Below are positions 28,255-36,255 of a stretch of DNA of 64,000 nt, piece after piece. A program made the position numbers and the translations under genes. The stretch lies in IMG/VR virus record IMGVR_UViG_3300045996_002876, positions 1 through 64,000 of that record; one strand, written 5' to 3'. Positions within the stretch are counted from its first letter, which is position 1. Each line of letters opens with the position of its first letter. The stretch comes from a virus. The notes under the pieces are model-generated. The model saw only the letters and a program-made list of their open reading frames with translations, ran no database searches and was not told the DNA's origin.

Positions 28255-29310
28255 TCAGGCACTCTTCCGGACCCGGCCCAGGGCGTCGCGCATGACCTTG
28301 GCCATGTCGCCGACGTGCCCGTAGGTTTCCGACACCATCCGGGTCGACGCGTGCCCCAGGAGGGCGGCCACGACGGCCTCGGTCTCGCCGCCGGCCAGGG
28401 CCTCGGAGGCGAACGCGTGCCTCATCCCGTAGGGGACGAGGTCCTCCGGCAGGCCGACCCGGCGGCGGAGGGCCCGGAACCCCTCGGAGATCCGCTTGGC
28501 CTTCCCCCAGGGCACCCCGCGGGTGGTCCGGAACAGGGGCCCCGTCGGGTAGACGGCGGCCCGCTCGACGGACATGGCGAGGACCCGGTCGGTCAGGTGG
28601 ACGACCCGCGGGCGGCCGGTGGCGTGGGCCGTCTTGTGGGCGGCCAGGACCCAGACGCGGGCGTCGGCCCGCAGGTCGCGGGCCTCCACCCGGATCGCCT
28701 CCCCCGGCCGACAGCCGGTGTCGAACAGGCACACCAGGACGGCCCGGAGGGCCGGGCGGGCGGCGGCCAGCAGGGTCTCGACCTGGTCGGCCGACGGCAG
28801 GACCTCGGCCCCGCGCCGCCGCCTCCGGGGGCGGCGGATCCCGGCCACGGGGGACCGGTCGAGGAGCCCCTCGGACAGGGCCCACCCGAACAGGGCGGCC
28901 AGCCGGCCGTACACGTGGTTCTGCGTCGTCGGGTTCCAGCCCGGGTGGCCGCCGACGGCCCGCTCGACGTCGGCGCGGGCCAGCGTGCCGGCGTCCCGGT
29001 CGCCGAGGGCCAGCGACACCCCGGCCAGGTAGGCCTTCGCCACCCGCCAGGTGTCCTCGGCCACCCGCCCCCGGCGGGCCTCGAGGTAGCGGTCGACCAG
29101 CCCGCGGAAGGTGACCGGGGAGGGGGGAGGGGGGACGCCGTCCCCCGGCAGGGCCGGCGGGGTGGGTAACCCAGCCCCGCCGGCCATCAGGGCGTGGAAG
29201 GCCCGGAGGGCTTGATCCCGGTCGGTCCCGAGGTCGTGGAGGACGCCCCGGATGGTCACGTACCACTTGCCCGTGTCGGTCCGGAGCCAGGGCTTCGAGG
29301 GGCGGGCCAT
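28255..29310 (-). CDS. int: Tyrosine recombinase/integrase
   Basis: TGCRPGE, HKT, YGMRH, LLGH and TYGH catalytic motifs; KPW..WYVTI N-terminus resembles planctomycete integrases. Confidence 0.92.
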   Translation of the reverse strand: MARPSKPWLRTDTGKWYVTIRGVLHDLGTDRDQALRAFHALMAGGAGLPTPPALPGDGVPPPPSPVTFRGLVDRYLEARRGRVAEDTWRVAKAYLAGVSLALGDRDAGTLARADVERAVGGHPGWNPTTQNHVYGRLAALFGWALSEGLLDRSPVAGIRRPRRRRRGAEVLPSADQVETLLAAARPALRAVLVCLFDTGCRPGEAIRVEARDLRADARVWVLAAHKTAHATGRPRVVHLTDRVLAMSVERAAVYPTGPLFRTTRGVPWGKAKRISEGFRALRRRVGLPEDLVPYGMRHAFASEALAGGETEAVVAALLGHASTRMVSETYGHVGDMAKVMRDALGRVRKSA

Positions 29311-29536
29311 GCGGGATCCTCCCGGGGCGTTTCCTTCGGGTTTCCTTCGGTCCCCTTCGGGTACGGTGGCAGGGGCGGCGGGACCGTCGGACCGGACATG
29401 CAGGGGATACCCGCGGGCGGGGTCGGAGTTTCAGTCGCGGCGGCCTGCTGAAACCAATCGTGGGCTACGCTGGTAACATACCCAGTGAAGACTCGGACCC
29501 GGTTTTTCCCGCGAGTTCTGACCGCTCGGCCTGGGG

Positions 29537-29564
29537 ATTATCGGTCGCCTACGGAAGAAGTCAA
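29537..29564 (-). promoter_or_regulatory. Candidate integrase promoter
   Basis: TTGACT-16-GATAAT on the minus strand. Confidence 0.5.
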
Positions 29565-30092
29565 GGCGTTTACTTCGGTAATTCCTCCGGCCTCCCCCGG
29601 CCGGGGGACATGCCTCCAAGTCCGCCCCTGAACAATTCGGAGCAGGGCGACGTGGGTAACCCCGAAGTCCCTGGCTACGCCCCTCAGGCTCTCCCCGGCG
29701 GCGACCCGAACCAGGGCCGTGGCCGCCGTCCGTTCGGTCAGCTTGGCCTGGCCGTGGCGGGAGCCCCTCTGTTTGGTCCCGTGGAGGTCCTTGTCGGCCT
29801 CGTTCTCCGACTTCGTCCCGTAGGTCAGGTTGTCGAGGCGGTTGTCCCACGGCTTGCCGTTCAGGTGGCGGACCTGGAGGCCCTTCGGGCGGAACTTCGG
29901 GTTCCGGGCGGCCGCCTCCTCGATCGTCCGCTGGCCGGTCGTGTACGAGCAGGTCATGATCCCGCCCACCCGGACCAGGGACCGGAAGGCGGCCCCCAGG
30001 CTCTTGTCCGATAGGCGTACGTCGTTCAGGTCGTACCACTCCCACCTCTGAACGAGGCCGGGTGGGAGGGGGATGTCTTTCGGCGGGGGCAC
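29538..30092 (-). CDS. HNH homing-type endonuclease
   Basis: VRHLNGKPWDNRLDNLTYGTKSEN followed by an HTH tail. Confidence 0.8.
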   Translation of the reverse strand: MPPPKDIPLPPGLVQRWEWYDLNDVRLSDKSLGAAFRSLVRVGGIMTCSYTTGQRTIEEAAARNPKFRPKGLQVRHLNGKPWDNRLDNLTYGTKSENEADKDLHGTKQRGSRHGQAKLTERTAATALVRVAAGESLRGVARDFGVTHVALLRIVQGRTWRHVPRPGEAGGITEVNALTSSVGDR

Positions 30093-30095
30093 TGG

Positions 30096-30710
30096 TTACT
30101 CCTGGGGCCGGTGTTCCACGGCCTCCCGGTACCACTTCTCGGTCGCCACCAGGCACTCGACCGGGTCCTCGAAGACGAGGGGCGGCCGCCGGTCCGGGGG
30201 GACCTCCACCCACACGGCCGTCGTGTCCCGCAGGTCACAGACGCCGTGCCAGGAGAAGGCGACCCACCTCTGCTTGCCCCCCGAGGACCCGCAGAACCGG
30301 GGGAACCACAGGCGGGCGGTCATGACCCGCCGGGCTTCGCGGAGGTCTCCGAGCTCGGCCTCGAGCTCGGCGTAGCTCTTCCACCCGCCCCCCGGCTGGC
30401 ACCGCTGGGCGATGAATCGCTGACAGTTGGCCAGCATGGCCGCCGGGTCCCCGACGGTCGGAACGCGGGGCCCCAGGCCGAACGCGGCGTACAGCTCGTT
30501 GTCGTCGAACACGCACAGGTCGTCGGCGTGCTGGTCGTAGTGTCGGTGGACTGCCGCCCGGAGGCGCCTGTTGTCGGCCGCCAGCCGGTCGCGGTCGAAG
30601 GCCAGCCGCCGGAGGATGAGCAGACCGGCGGACGTCAGGCCGTCCCGGCTCGCTTCCAGCAGGGCCGCCACTTCCAGCTCGGTCGGTGGGGCCTGTAGGT
30701 CGTCACTCAT
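30096..30710 (-). CDS. Hypothetical protein
   Basis: 204 aa, operonic. Confidence 0.65.
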   Translation of the reverse strand: MSDDLQAPPTELEVAALLEASRDGLTSAGLLILRRLAFDRDRLAADNRRLRAAVHRHYDQHADDLCVFDDNELYAAFGLGPRVPTVGDPAAMLANCQRFIAQRCQPGGGWKSYAELEAELGDLREARRVMTARLWFPRFCGSSGGKQRWVAFSWHGVCDLRDTTAVWVEVPPDRRPPLVFEDPVECLVATEKWYREAVEHRPQE

Positions 30711-30725
30711 AGGTAGGCTTTCGGG

Positions 30726-30917
30726 TCAGGCCGGCCACAGGACGGCGACGCTCTTCCGGGCCGGGAGGGTGATCCGGAGGTCCTCCAGGTCGTCCCCCTT
30801 CTCCTTGGAGACCTGGTACACCGGGGCGAACGAGTTCCCCTCCGGGTCCGAGCTCAGGACGACCGGGGTGGTCGGCGGGAAGGTCCTGAGGAGGGCGATC
30901 AGTTCGAAGACGGTCAT
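30726..30917 (-). CDS. Small conserved phage protein
   Basis: MTV.ELI..L...P...VV.SSDPEGNSF...VLWP pattern. Confidence 0.7.
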   Translation of the reverse strand: MTVFELIALLRTFPPTTPVVLSSDPEGNSFAPVYQVSKEKGDDLEDLRITLPARKSVAVLWPA

Positions 30918-30930
30918 GGGTGGTCCTTTC

Positions 30931-31136
30931 AGAGCCGACTCGCGGTTTCACGCCTCGCGGAGCCGCCGGCCAGAACTCCTGTCATCTCCCACGTCAGACG
31001 CGGACCGGCCCTTCGAGGGACGAGTTTCCCGTTCGGGACGGCCAGCTCCGTGGGTAGCCTTGGTTTCAGACTGTGCGCTTACAGCTTTACCCCGGGGGTC
31101 GCCCCCCGGGAACCGCTTCAACTCACTACCGGCCCT
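30931..31136 (-). ncRNA. Candidate ~206-nt structured RNA
   Basis: Intergenic; closing helix AGGGCCGG/TCGGCTCT, GCGA-capped 8-bp stem, GCTGT/ACAGT and CCCACG/CGTGGG stems. Confidence 0.5.
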
Positions 31137-31151
31137 ACCGGTCGTCTCGGG

Positions 31152-31535
31152 TTACCAGTCGTCGTCCGCCGTCAGGTGGATCGAGGCCTTCGTCCCGTGG
31201 TGGGTGACCTGGATCGACGTCCCGAGCGAGGTCGGGGTGAAGCTGTAGGTCAGGGCCCCGCCGCACGCCCCGTAGTAGGGCAGGAGGCCCATCTCCGCGA
31301 AGCGGTCGAACGCGGGGTCCAGCTTCTGGCGGGCGGCCACGACCTTGTCCTGCTCGTCGGCCCAGGCCCGGAGCCTGTCCCGGTGGTGGGGCTGGAGGGC
31401 GAAGGCGGCGTTCAGGCGGAGCCGGCGGGCTTCCTCGACCAGGCCCCGGACGGCCGTCATGAGCCGGGCCGCCTCGGGGGTCCCCTCGACCGCCTCGGCC
31501 GCGGCCTCGATCTTCTTCAGGTCGTCCTCGGTCAT
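31152..31535 (-). CDS. Conserved phage hypothetical protein
   Basis: GACGGALTYSFTPTSLG motif. Confidence 0.7.
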   Translation of the reverse strand: MTEDDLKKIEAAAEAVEGTPEAARLMTAVRGLVEEARRLRLNAAFALQPHHRDRLRAWADEQDKVVAARQKLDPAFDRFAEMGLLPYYGACGGALTYSFTPTSLGTSIQVTHHGTKASIHLTADDDW

Positions 31536-31669
31536 TGGACCGCCGTGTGCTGGAGGTAGGCCATAAGGCAGAAGAACCCGGGGAGGAAGGCGAGGATGAA
31601 AAAGGGGACGAATAGCCCCTCGAAGACCTCGCCCCAAAAGGATCGTTCGTAGTCGGGTCGGTTACTCAC
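31532..31669 (-). CDS. 45-aa membrane peptide
   Basis: Translated by hand: MSNRPDYERSFWGEVFEGLFVPFFILAFLPGFFCLMAYLQHTAVQ; ATGA coupling. Confidence 0.55.
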   Translation of the reverse strand: MSNRPDYERSFWGEVFEGLFVPFFILAFLPGFFCLMAYLQHTAVQ

Positions 31670-31832
31670 TCGGCGTCTCCTCCTCGATCAGCCGGTCTAG
31701 GCGGGTCAGGACCTCCTCCTGGTCGACGTAGTACTTGGTCGAGCACCCGGACCAGTCGTCGGGGTCGGTGCTCGACAGGCATGCCCCGTCGAACAGGTCG
31801 CGGAGGAGGGTCAGGACTTCGAGGCGGGTCAC
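31662..31832 (-). CDS. 56-aa hypothetical protein
   Basis: Translated by hand: MTRLEVLTLLRDLFDGAC...; fills the operon gap. Confidence 0.55.
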   Translation of the reverse strand: MTRLEVLTLLRDLFDGACLSSTDPDDWSGCSTKYYVDQEEVLTRLDRLIEEETPSE

Positions 31833-31833
31833 G

Positions 31834-31914
31834 TCACTTACTCGCGAAGAGGCACAGGAGGGTGAAGCAGATCACCGGCAGGCCCGCCAGGAAGAACAGG
31901 ATGAGGTCGCTCAC
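31834..31914 (-). CDS. 26-aa membrane peptide
   Basis: MSDLILFFLAGLPVICFTLLCLFASK; GTGA coupling. Confidence 0.45.
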   Translation of the reverse strand: MSDLILFFLAGLPVICFTLLCLFASK

Positions 31915-32678
31915 GCCGACACCTTCGCCTTCTTCTTGGGGGCGACCTTCTTGGCCACCTTCTTCGGCCGGGCCTGGCGGGCCAGGTACAGGAACTTCGA
32001 CCCCGGCGTCTTCATCTCCTCGAGAACGGCGACGGCGGCGGCGGCGATCTTCCGGAGGTCCTTCGGGGTTCGGGCCAGGCCGAGGTAGTCCAGGATGGAC
32101 CGGACGTCCCCTCCGGCCACCTCCTCCCACTCGTAGCCGACGGCCTCGACCGAATTCGAGTAGCGGGTCCACGCGTCGAGGGTGTTCTCGAACTCCGCGG
32201 CGGTCCTGGCCCCGGACAGGGCCGCCACCGCCGCCGCGTTGAGCGAGGTGTCCGCCAGGAGGTTCCGGTAAAAGCGGGCGGTGGTCCCCAGCCGCCGGTG
32301 GAGCCGCCAGAGGAAGTCCTTGCCGTCGAACTCGCCCCGGGCGGTCCCGAGCTGGGCCACGGCCAGCTCGCGGAGGCCGCGGGCCCGGTCCTTCTCCGAC
32401 GCCCACTCGGTACAGTCGTTCAGCCCGATCTTGAACCAGCGGAGGGTGTCGTGGACGCACGACGGCTTGTCGCTGTGGGGCTCGCCCAGGGCGTAGCAAA
32501 CGGCCGCCTCGACACAGAACTTTCCGGGCTCGGCGACGCCCATGCCCTCGACCAGGCCGTGGTCGACGACCTCGAGGACCCGGGCGACCGTCTTTTTGTC
32601 GATCTTGGCGGGGGGCAGCTTTTTCACGGCGGGATCCGGGGTTATAAGGGTGGGGGCAGTGGACCAGAGGTAATACAC
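31911..32678 (-). CDS. Conserved phage protein with a Lys-rich tail
   Basis: CVEAAVCYALGEPHSDKPSCV...LND motif; KKVAKKVAPKKKAK tail. Confidence 0.7.
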   Translation of the reverse strand: MYYLWSTAPTLITPDPAVKKLPPAKIDKKTVARVLEVVDHGLVEGMGVAEPGKFCVEAAVCYALGEPHSDKPSCVHDTLRWFKIGLNDCTEWASEKDRARGLRELAVAQLGTARGEFDGKDFLWRLHRRLGTTARFYRNLLADTSLNAAAVAALSGARTAAEFENTLDAWTRYSNSVEAVGYEWEEVAGGDVRSILDYLGLARTPKDLRKIAAAAVAVLEEMKTPGSKFLYLARQARPKKVAKKVAPKKKAKVSA

Positions 32679-32691
32679 GCGGGGCCGGGCC

Positions 32692-33051
32692 TCACAGGTT
32701 CCCGAGGACGGACTTGGACTTCTTCGCCTGGGCCCACGCGCCCAGGCCCGTGCCCCAGACGGCTTCCACGAACTTCTTGAACTCGGCCCACGGGGCGGCC
32801 CTCCCCCGCTCGTACGCCGGGTACATCATGAGGACGGCCTGCTCGCAGACGCTGGCGGTCAGCTCGTAGGCCTCCGCGGGGAGGAACCCGTGGAGCCGGT
32901 CGAGGGTCCGGGACAGCCCGGCCGGGTCGGCGCGGGCGTACTTCTCGAGGGCCAGGTCCAGGGCCCGCTCCTCGCGGGCGGTCAGGCCCCCGTCGAGGAA
33001 CGAGGCCCTTGGGAACAGGACGATCTCCGGGGGCGGGTCGGACACGGGCAC
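32692..33051 (-). CDS. Hypothetical protein
   Basis: 119 aa, operonic. Confidence 0.6.
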   Translation of the reverse strand: MPVSDPPPEIVLFPRASFLDGGLTAREERALDLALEKYARADPAGLSRTLDRLHGFLPAEAYELTASVCEQAVLMMYPAYERGRAAPWAEFKKFVEAVWGTGLGAWAQAKKSKSVLGNL

Positions 33052-33088
33052 AAGTCCCCGGGGGTGAGGGGCGGGCGAAGCCGGGGGC

Positions 33089-33487
33089 TCAGCCCCGGCG
33101 GGCGGCGGTCAGGTCGGCGACGGCGGCCGCGAGGGCGGCCAGGCGGGCCCGGACGGACCCGGCCTTCGGGGCCCGGGCGGTCTTGGGGGCCGCGGCCTTG
33201 CGGGCCTGGTACTGGATCCCGTTGACCTTGAGGGCGCGGGCGACGTTCTGGCGGGTGACCGGGAACCCGAGGGCGTCGGTGTAGTGGGCGGCCAGGGGCG
33301 TCCGGCCCGGGCGGTCGGCCAGGATGGACGCCCGGTCGGCGGCCACCTGCTGGGCCAGGCGGAAGAACTTGGCCGAGTCCAGCATGTTCCGCGGGACCCC
33401 GACGGCGGCCTTCCACGGCTCGTGCCGCTTGGCCGGGGCGGCGGCGGGGGTCGTGTCGCGGCCGTTCGTGAACGGGGTACCGGTCAT
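33089..33487 (-). CDS. Basic, putative DNA-binding protein
   Basis: 132 aa from ATG 33487, HTH-like LGFPVTRQNVARAL. Confidence 0.55.
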   Translation of the reverse strand: MTGTPFTNGRDTTPAAAPAKRHEPWKAAVGVPRNMLDSAKFFRLAQQVAADRASILADRPGRTPLAAHYTDALGFPVTRQNVARALKVNGIQYQARKAAAPKTARAPKAGSVRARLAALAAAVADLTAARRG

Positions 33488-33488
33488 C

Positions 33489-33776
33489 TCAGGTCCTTTG
33501 GGGGTGGGCGTCCGTGCCGGGATTACTTTGGTCGCGGATGAGTTTCTCGTACGGGCACTGGCCGCCTTCCAGGGGGGCCTCGCACGTCCGGCAGGCCCCG
33601 GCGGCCTCGAGCTCGGCCCGCTTAAGCATGGCCCGGTAGAGGGCCTCCAGGGCCGCCCCGGCCGCCCGGTCGTACCGGGTGATGAGGGCCAGCCCGTCGG
33701 GGGTGTACGCCGCCTCCCGGCCCGGCCGGAGAAGGGCGTCGATGTCGTTGAGGACCGGACCGGCGGCGTACAGCAC
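33489..33776 (-). CDS. Hypothetical protein (Cys cluster)
   Basis: 95 aa, CRTC...CP. Confidence 0.5.
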   Translation of the reverse strand: MLYAAGPVLNDIDALLRPGREAAYTPDGLALITRYDRAAGAALEALYRAMLKRAELEAAGACRTCEAPLEGGQCPYEKLIRDQSNPGTDAHPQRT

Positions 33777-33801
33777 GGGCGTCTCCGTAAGGCCGGGGGC
33801 C

Positions 33802-34419
33802 TTAAATTTCTACCACGATCGGCGCGTTCACGGGTCGATACGCCTCGTCCACCAGGGAGGCGTTCACGAACAGGGTCTTCCCGATCCGGTACGTCCCGTA
33901 CCCGGAGTGGATGTGCCCGGCGACTACCAAGCGGGGCTGGACGGCCTCGATCCGTGTCAGCAGGCTCATAGACCCGGTGTGGACCCGCCCGTAGGGGCTG
34001 AAGTCCCCGTGCCCGTACGGCGGGCCGTGCAGGACCAGGATGTCCGTGTCGGCCGGGATGGCGTCCCACCGCTTCTTCAGGTCCGGCTCGTCGGCGTTGA
34101 AGGCCCAGTCGAAAAACCGGGGCTGCCACGGGGACCCGTAAATCTTCAGCCCGCCCCACTCGACCCCAGAGTCCTGGAGGTAGGCCCAGTTCATCCGGGG
34201 GACCATGTGCGGGGCCCGCTCGAAGATGAAGTCGTGGTTCCCGGCCACCCCGACGATTTTCATCCGTCCCGCGGCCCGGTCGACCCACGGGGCGAACGCG
34301 TCCCGGTACCAGAAGGCGTCGGCGTGGTCCCGACAGTAGTCCCCGGCCAGGACCAGCAGGTCGCAGTCCGGGACCTCCGGGAGGTGCCCGTGCAGGTCGC
34401 TGAGACAACAGACTTTCAC
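33802..34419 (-). CDS. Calcineurin-like metallophosphoesterase
   Basis: SDLHG, LAGD, GNHD, HGPP and GHIH motifs. Confidence 0.92.
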   Translation of the reverse strand: MKVCCLSDLHGHLPEVPDCDLLVLAGDYCRDHADAFWYRDAFAPWVDRAAGRMKIVGVAGNHDFIFERAPHMVPRMNWAYLQDSGVEWGGLKIYGSPWQPRFFDWAFNADEPDLKKRWDAIPADTDILVLHGPPYGHGDFSPYGRVHTGSMSLLTRIEAVQPRLVVAGHIHSGYGTYRIGKTLFVNASLVDEAYRPVNAPIVVEI

Positions 34420-34441
34420 GGGCGACTCCAGGGGCGGGCAG

Positions 34442-34584
34442 ACCGAGCGGGGAGAGTCGAACTCCCAGGTGACCGGGGGCCCTCGCCTTCCGGTCGGGAC
34501 GGTGTCATAGGAGGGTGATCACTCCTCCCCGGCCGTCCAGGGAGCACTCCATTCGTCCTGCGTTTACCGTTTCGCCACGCTCGG
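34442..34584 (-). ncRNA. tRNA-like RNA A (Leu-type body, 52-nt insert replacing the anticodon loop)
   Basis: Acceptor CCGAGCG/CGCTCGG, D arm TG-GCG-AAACGGTAAA-CGC, stem GGACG/CGTCC, long variable arm, T arm GGGAG-TTCGACT-CTCCC. Confidence 0.8.
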
Positions 34585-34586
34585 GG

Positions 34587-34805
34587 TCAGGGCTTACCTA
34601 GGAGGCGTTCGATCAGCTCCTCCCGGTTGGAGAACACCAGGTTCCGGTTGACCGTACGGAGGTCCTTCCGGACCCAGCCTTTGACTTCCACGACCGCCCG
34701 GTCGGCGTCGAAGGAGATCAGCCGCCCCTGAACGAGGTCGATCCCGGACAGGGTTACCCAGTCGAACCGAAGGTCCACGACCCAATAGGTTTCGCCGATC
34801 TTCAC
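34587..34805 (-). CDS. Small hypothetical protein
   Basis: 72 aa from GTG 34805, between two tRNA-like RNAs. Confidence 0.6.
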   Translation of the reverse strand: MKIGETYWVVDLRFDWVTLSGIDLVQGRLISFDADRAVVEVKGWVRKDLRTVNRNLVFSNREELIERLLGKP

Positions 34806-34829
34806 GGGCCTCCCCCTCTGGTTCTTGAT

Positions 34830-34957
34830 CAGTCCCGGCGGGATTCGAACCCGCGGCGCTTCCCCTTCGTCGGCCCCGCTACGGCCCCCCGGGAAAGCGT
34901 CTCCGTAGCGGTAAGGTTTGGACCCCGGCTTGTGGCCGTTCTCACCCACGGGGACTG
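34830..34957 (-). ncRNA. tRNA-like RNA B (pseudoknot-like insert)
   Basis: Bulged acceptor CAGTCCC(C)G/CGGGACTG, T arm GCGGG-TTCGAAT-CCCGC, 9-bp stem CCGCTACGG/CCGTAGCGG. Confidence 0.7.
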
Positions 34958-35075
34958 CTGTCTTCCGCCAGGGCCGTCCGGGGCGGCGAAAGCCGCCCCG
35001 GACTCCCCGGCACTCACCACACCACACGACCCCACGCCGTGTACGCTACCACCCGACCGGGCAGGCCTGCGTCCC

Positions 35076-35942
35076 TCACCCGGGGAAGTACCCGCCCGGC
35101 CCGTAACTCCGGACCGGGGCCGGCCGCGGGGGGACGTACCCGGCCCCCGACCCGGTGAACCCGGGGACGTACGCGGGGAAGGCCTGGGGCGGGTAGTACT
35201 TGATCGGCGGGACTTCCGGCGGGGGCGGGAACCGGGGGTCCCCGACCGGGGTCGTTTTCATCTGGCCCTTGGCCGGCGGCGGGGGCGGGAGGGGGGCCTT
35301 CCTGGCCTCCCCCTCGGGGTCCTTGAGGAACCGGGTGACCTCGTCCAGGCGGACGGCCAGGGTGGTCGTCCGGTCCCCGGTGATCCCGCCGTACAGGACG
35401 GCCGCCAGCTCGCCGGCGGCGTTCACCAGGGGGCCGCCCGAGTCCCCGTGCCAGGACCCGATCCGGGCCAGGACGGCCTTGAACCCGTCCCCCCCGGTCT
35501 CGTTCACGGACTCGACCCGGCCCGACCGGGTGACCAGCGGGCCGGCCTCGGTGAACCCGTACTGGGTGAGGACGGCCCCGGCCGCCGGGGCCGTGGCGGC
35601 CACGGGCAGGCTCGGGAGGTCGGCCGCCACCCGCAGGAGGGCCAGGTCGCTCCGCCCGTCGGCGGCCACCAGGGCGGCCGGGTAGACCTTCCCGCCGGCC
35701 GTCAGGACCTCGTACGTCGCGTCGGCCGCCGGGGCCACGTGCTTGTTGGTCAGGACCAGGCTCACGCCGGCCTTGCTGGACACGACCGCCCCGGTCCCCC
35801 ACCCGCACTCCTTGGAGCGGCGGTGGGTGTGCGGGTCCTCGACGAACCGGGACCGGCAGACCTGGACGCAGGCCCCCTCGGGGCCGGCCAGGAGGCCGGC
35901 GGGGAGGGCCAGGAGGAAGAGGCACACGAGGCGGCGAATCAT
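35076..35942 (-). CDS. Secreted trypsin-like serine protease
   Basis: Signal peptide; TNKHV, DLALL and GDSGGP triad motifs; Pro-rich tail. Confidence 0.9.
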   Translation of the reverse strand: MIRRLVCLFLLALPAGLLAGPEGACVQVCRSRFVEDPHTHRRSKECGWGTGAVVSSKAGVSLVLTNKHVAPAADATYEVLTAGGKVYPAALVAADGRSDLALLRVAADLPSLPVAATAPAAGAVLTQYGFTEAGPLVTRSGRVESVNETGGDGFKAVLARIGSWHGDSGGPLVNAAGELAAVLYGGITGDRTTTLAVRLDEVTRFLKDPEGEARKAPLPPPPPAKGQMKTTPVGDPRFPPPPEVPPIKYYPPQAFPAYVPGFTGSGAGYVPPRPAPVRSYGPGGYFPG

Positions 35943-35976
35943 TCGCGTTCCAGAAAGGGCGTGGGCGGGGGCGGGA

Positions 35977-36255
35977 CTAGGACTTCGGGCGGCGGAGCCA
36001 CTCCTCGTACCGGGCACAGGACGCGTCGAGGCGGGCCCGGGCGGCCTCCGCCTCGGCCTTCTTCCGCTCGTCGGCGTACGTCCGGTCCCCGTACGGGATC
36101 GGCTCGTCGCACAGGTTCCCGTCGTACACCAGGTCCTCCTTGGACCCGGTCAGGACGGCGCGGGCGGCGTTGAGGTACGGCTCGAGGACGACGAACAGGA
36201 CCGGGACGAGGACGAAGGCCAGGCAGGCCAGGCCGGACAGGACGTCGGGGTTCAT
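35977..36255 (-). CDS. Small membrane protein
   Basis: N-terminal TM, ATGA coupling. Confidence 0.6.
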   Translation of the reverse strand: MNPDVLSGLACLAFVLVPVLFVVLEPYLNAARAVLTGSKEDLVYDGNLCDEPIPYGDRTYADERKKAEAEAARARLDASCARYEEWLRRPKS

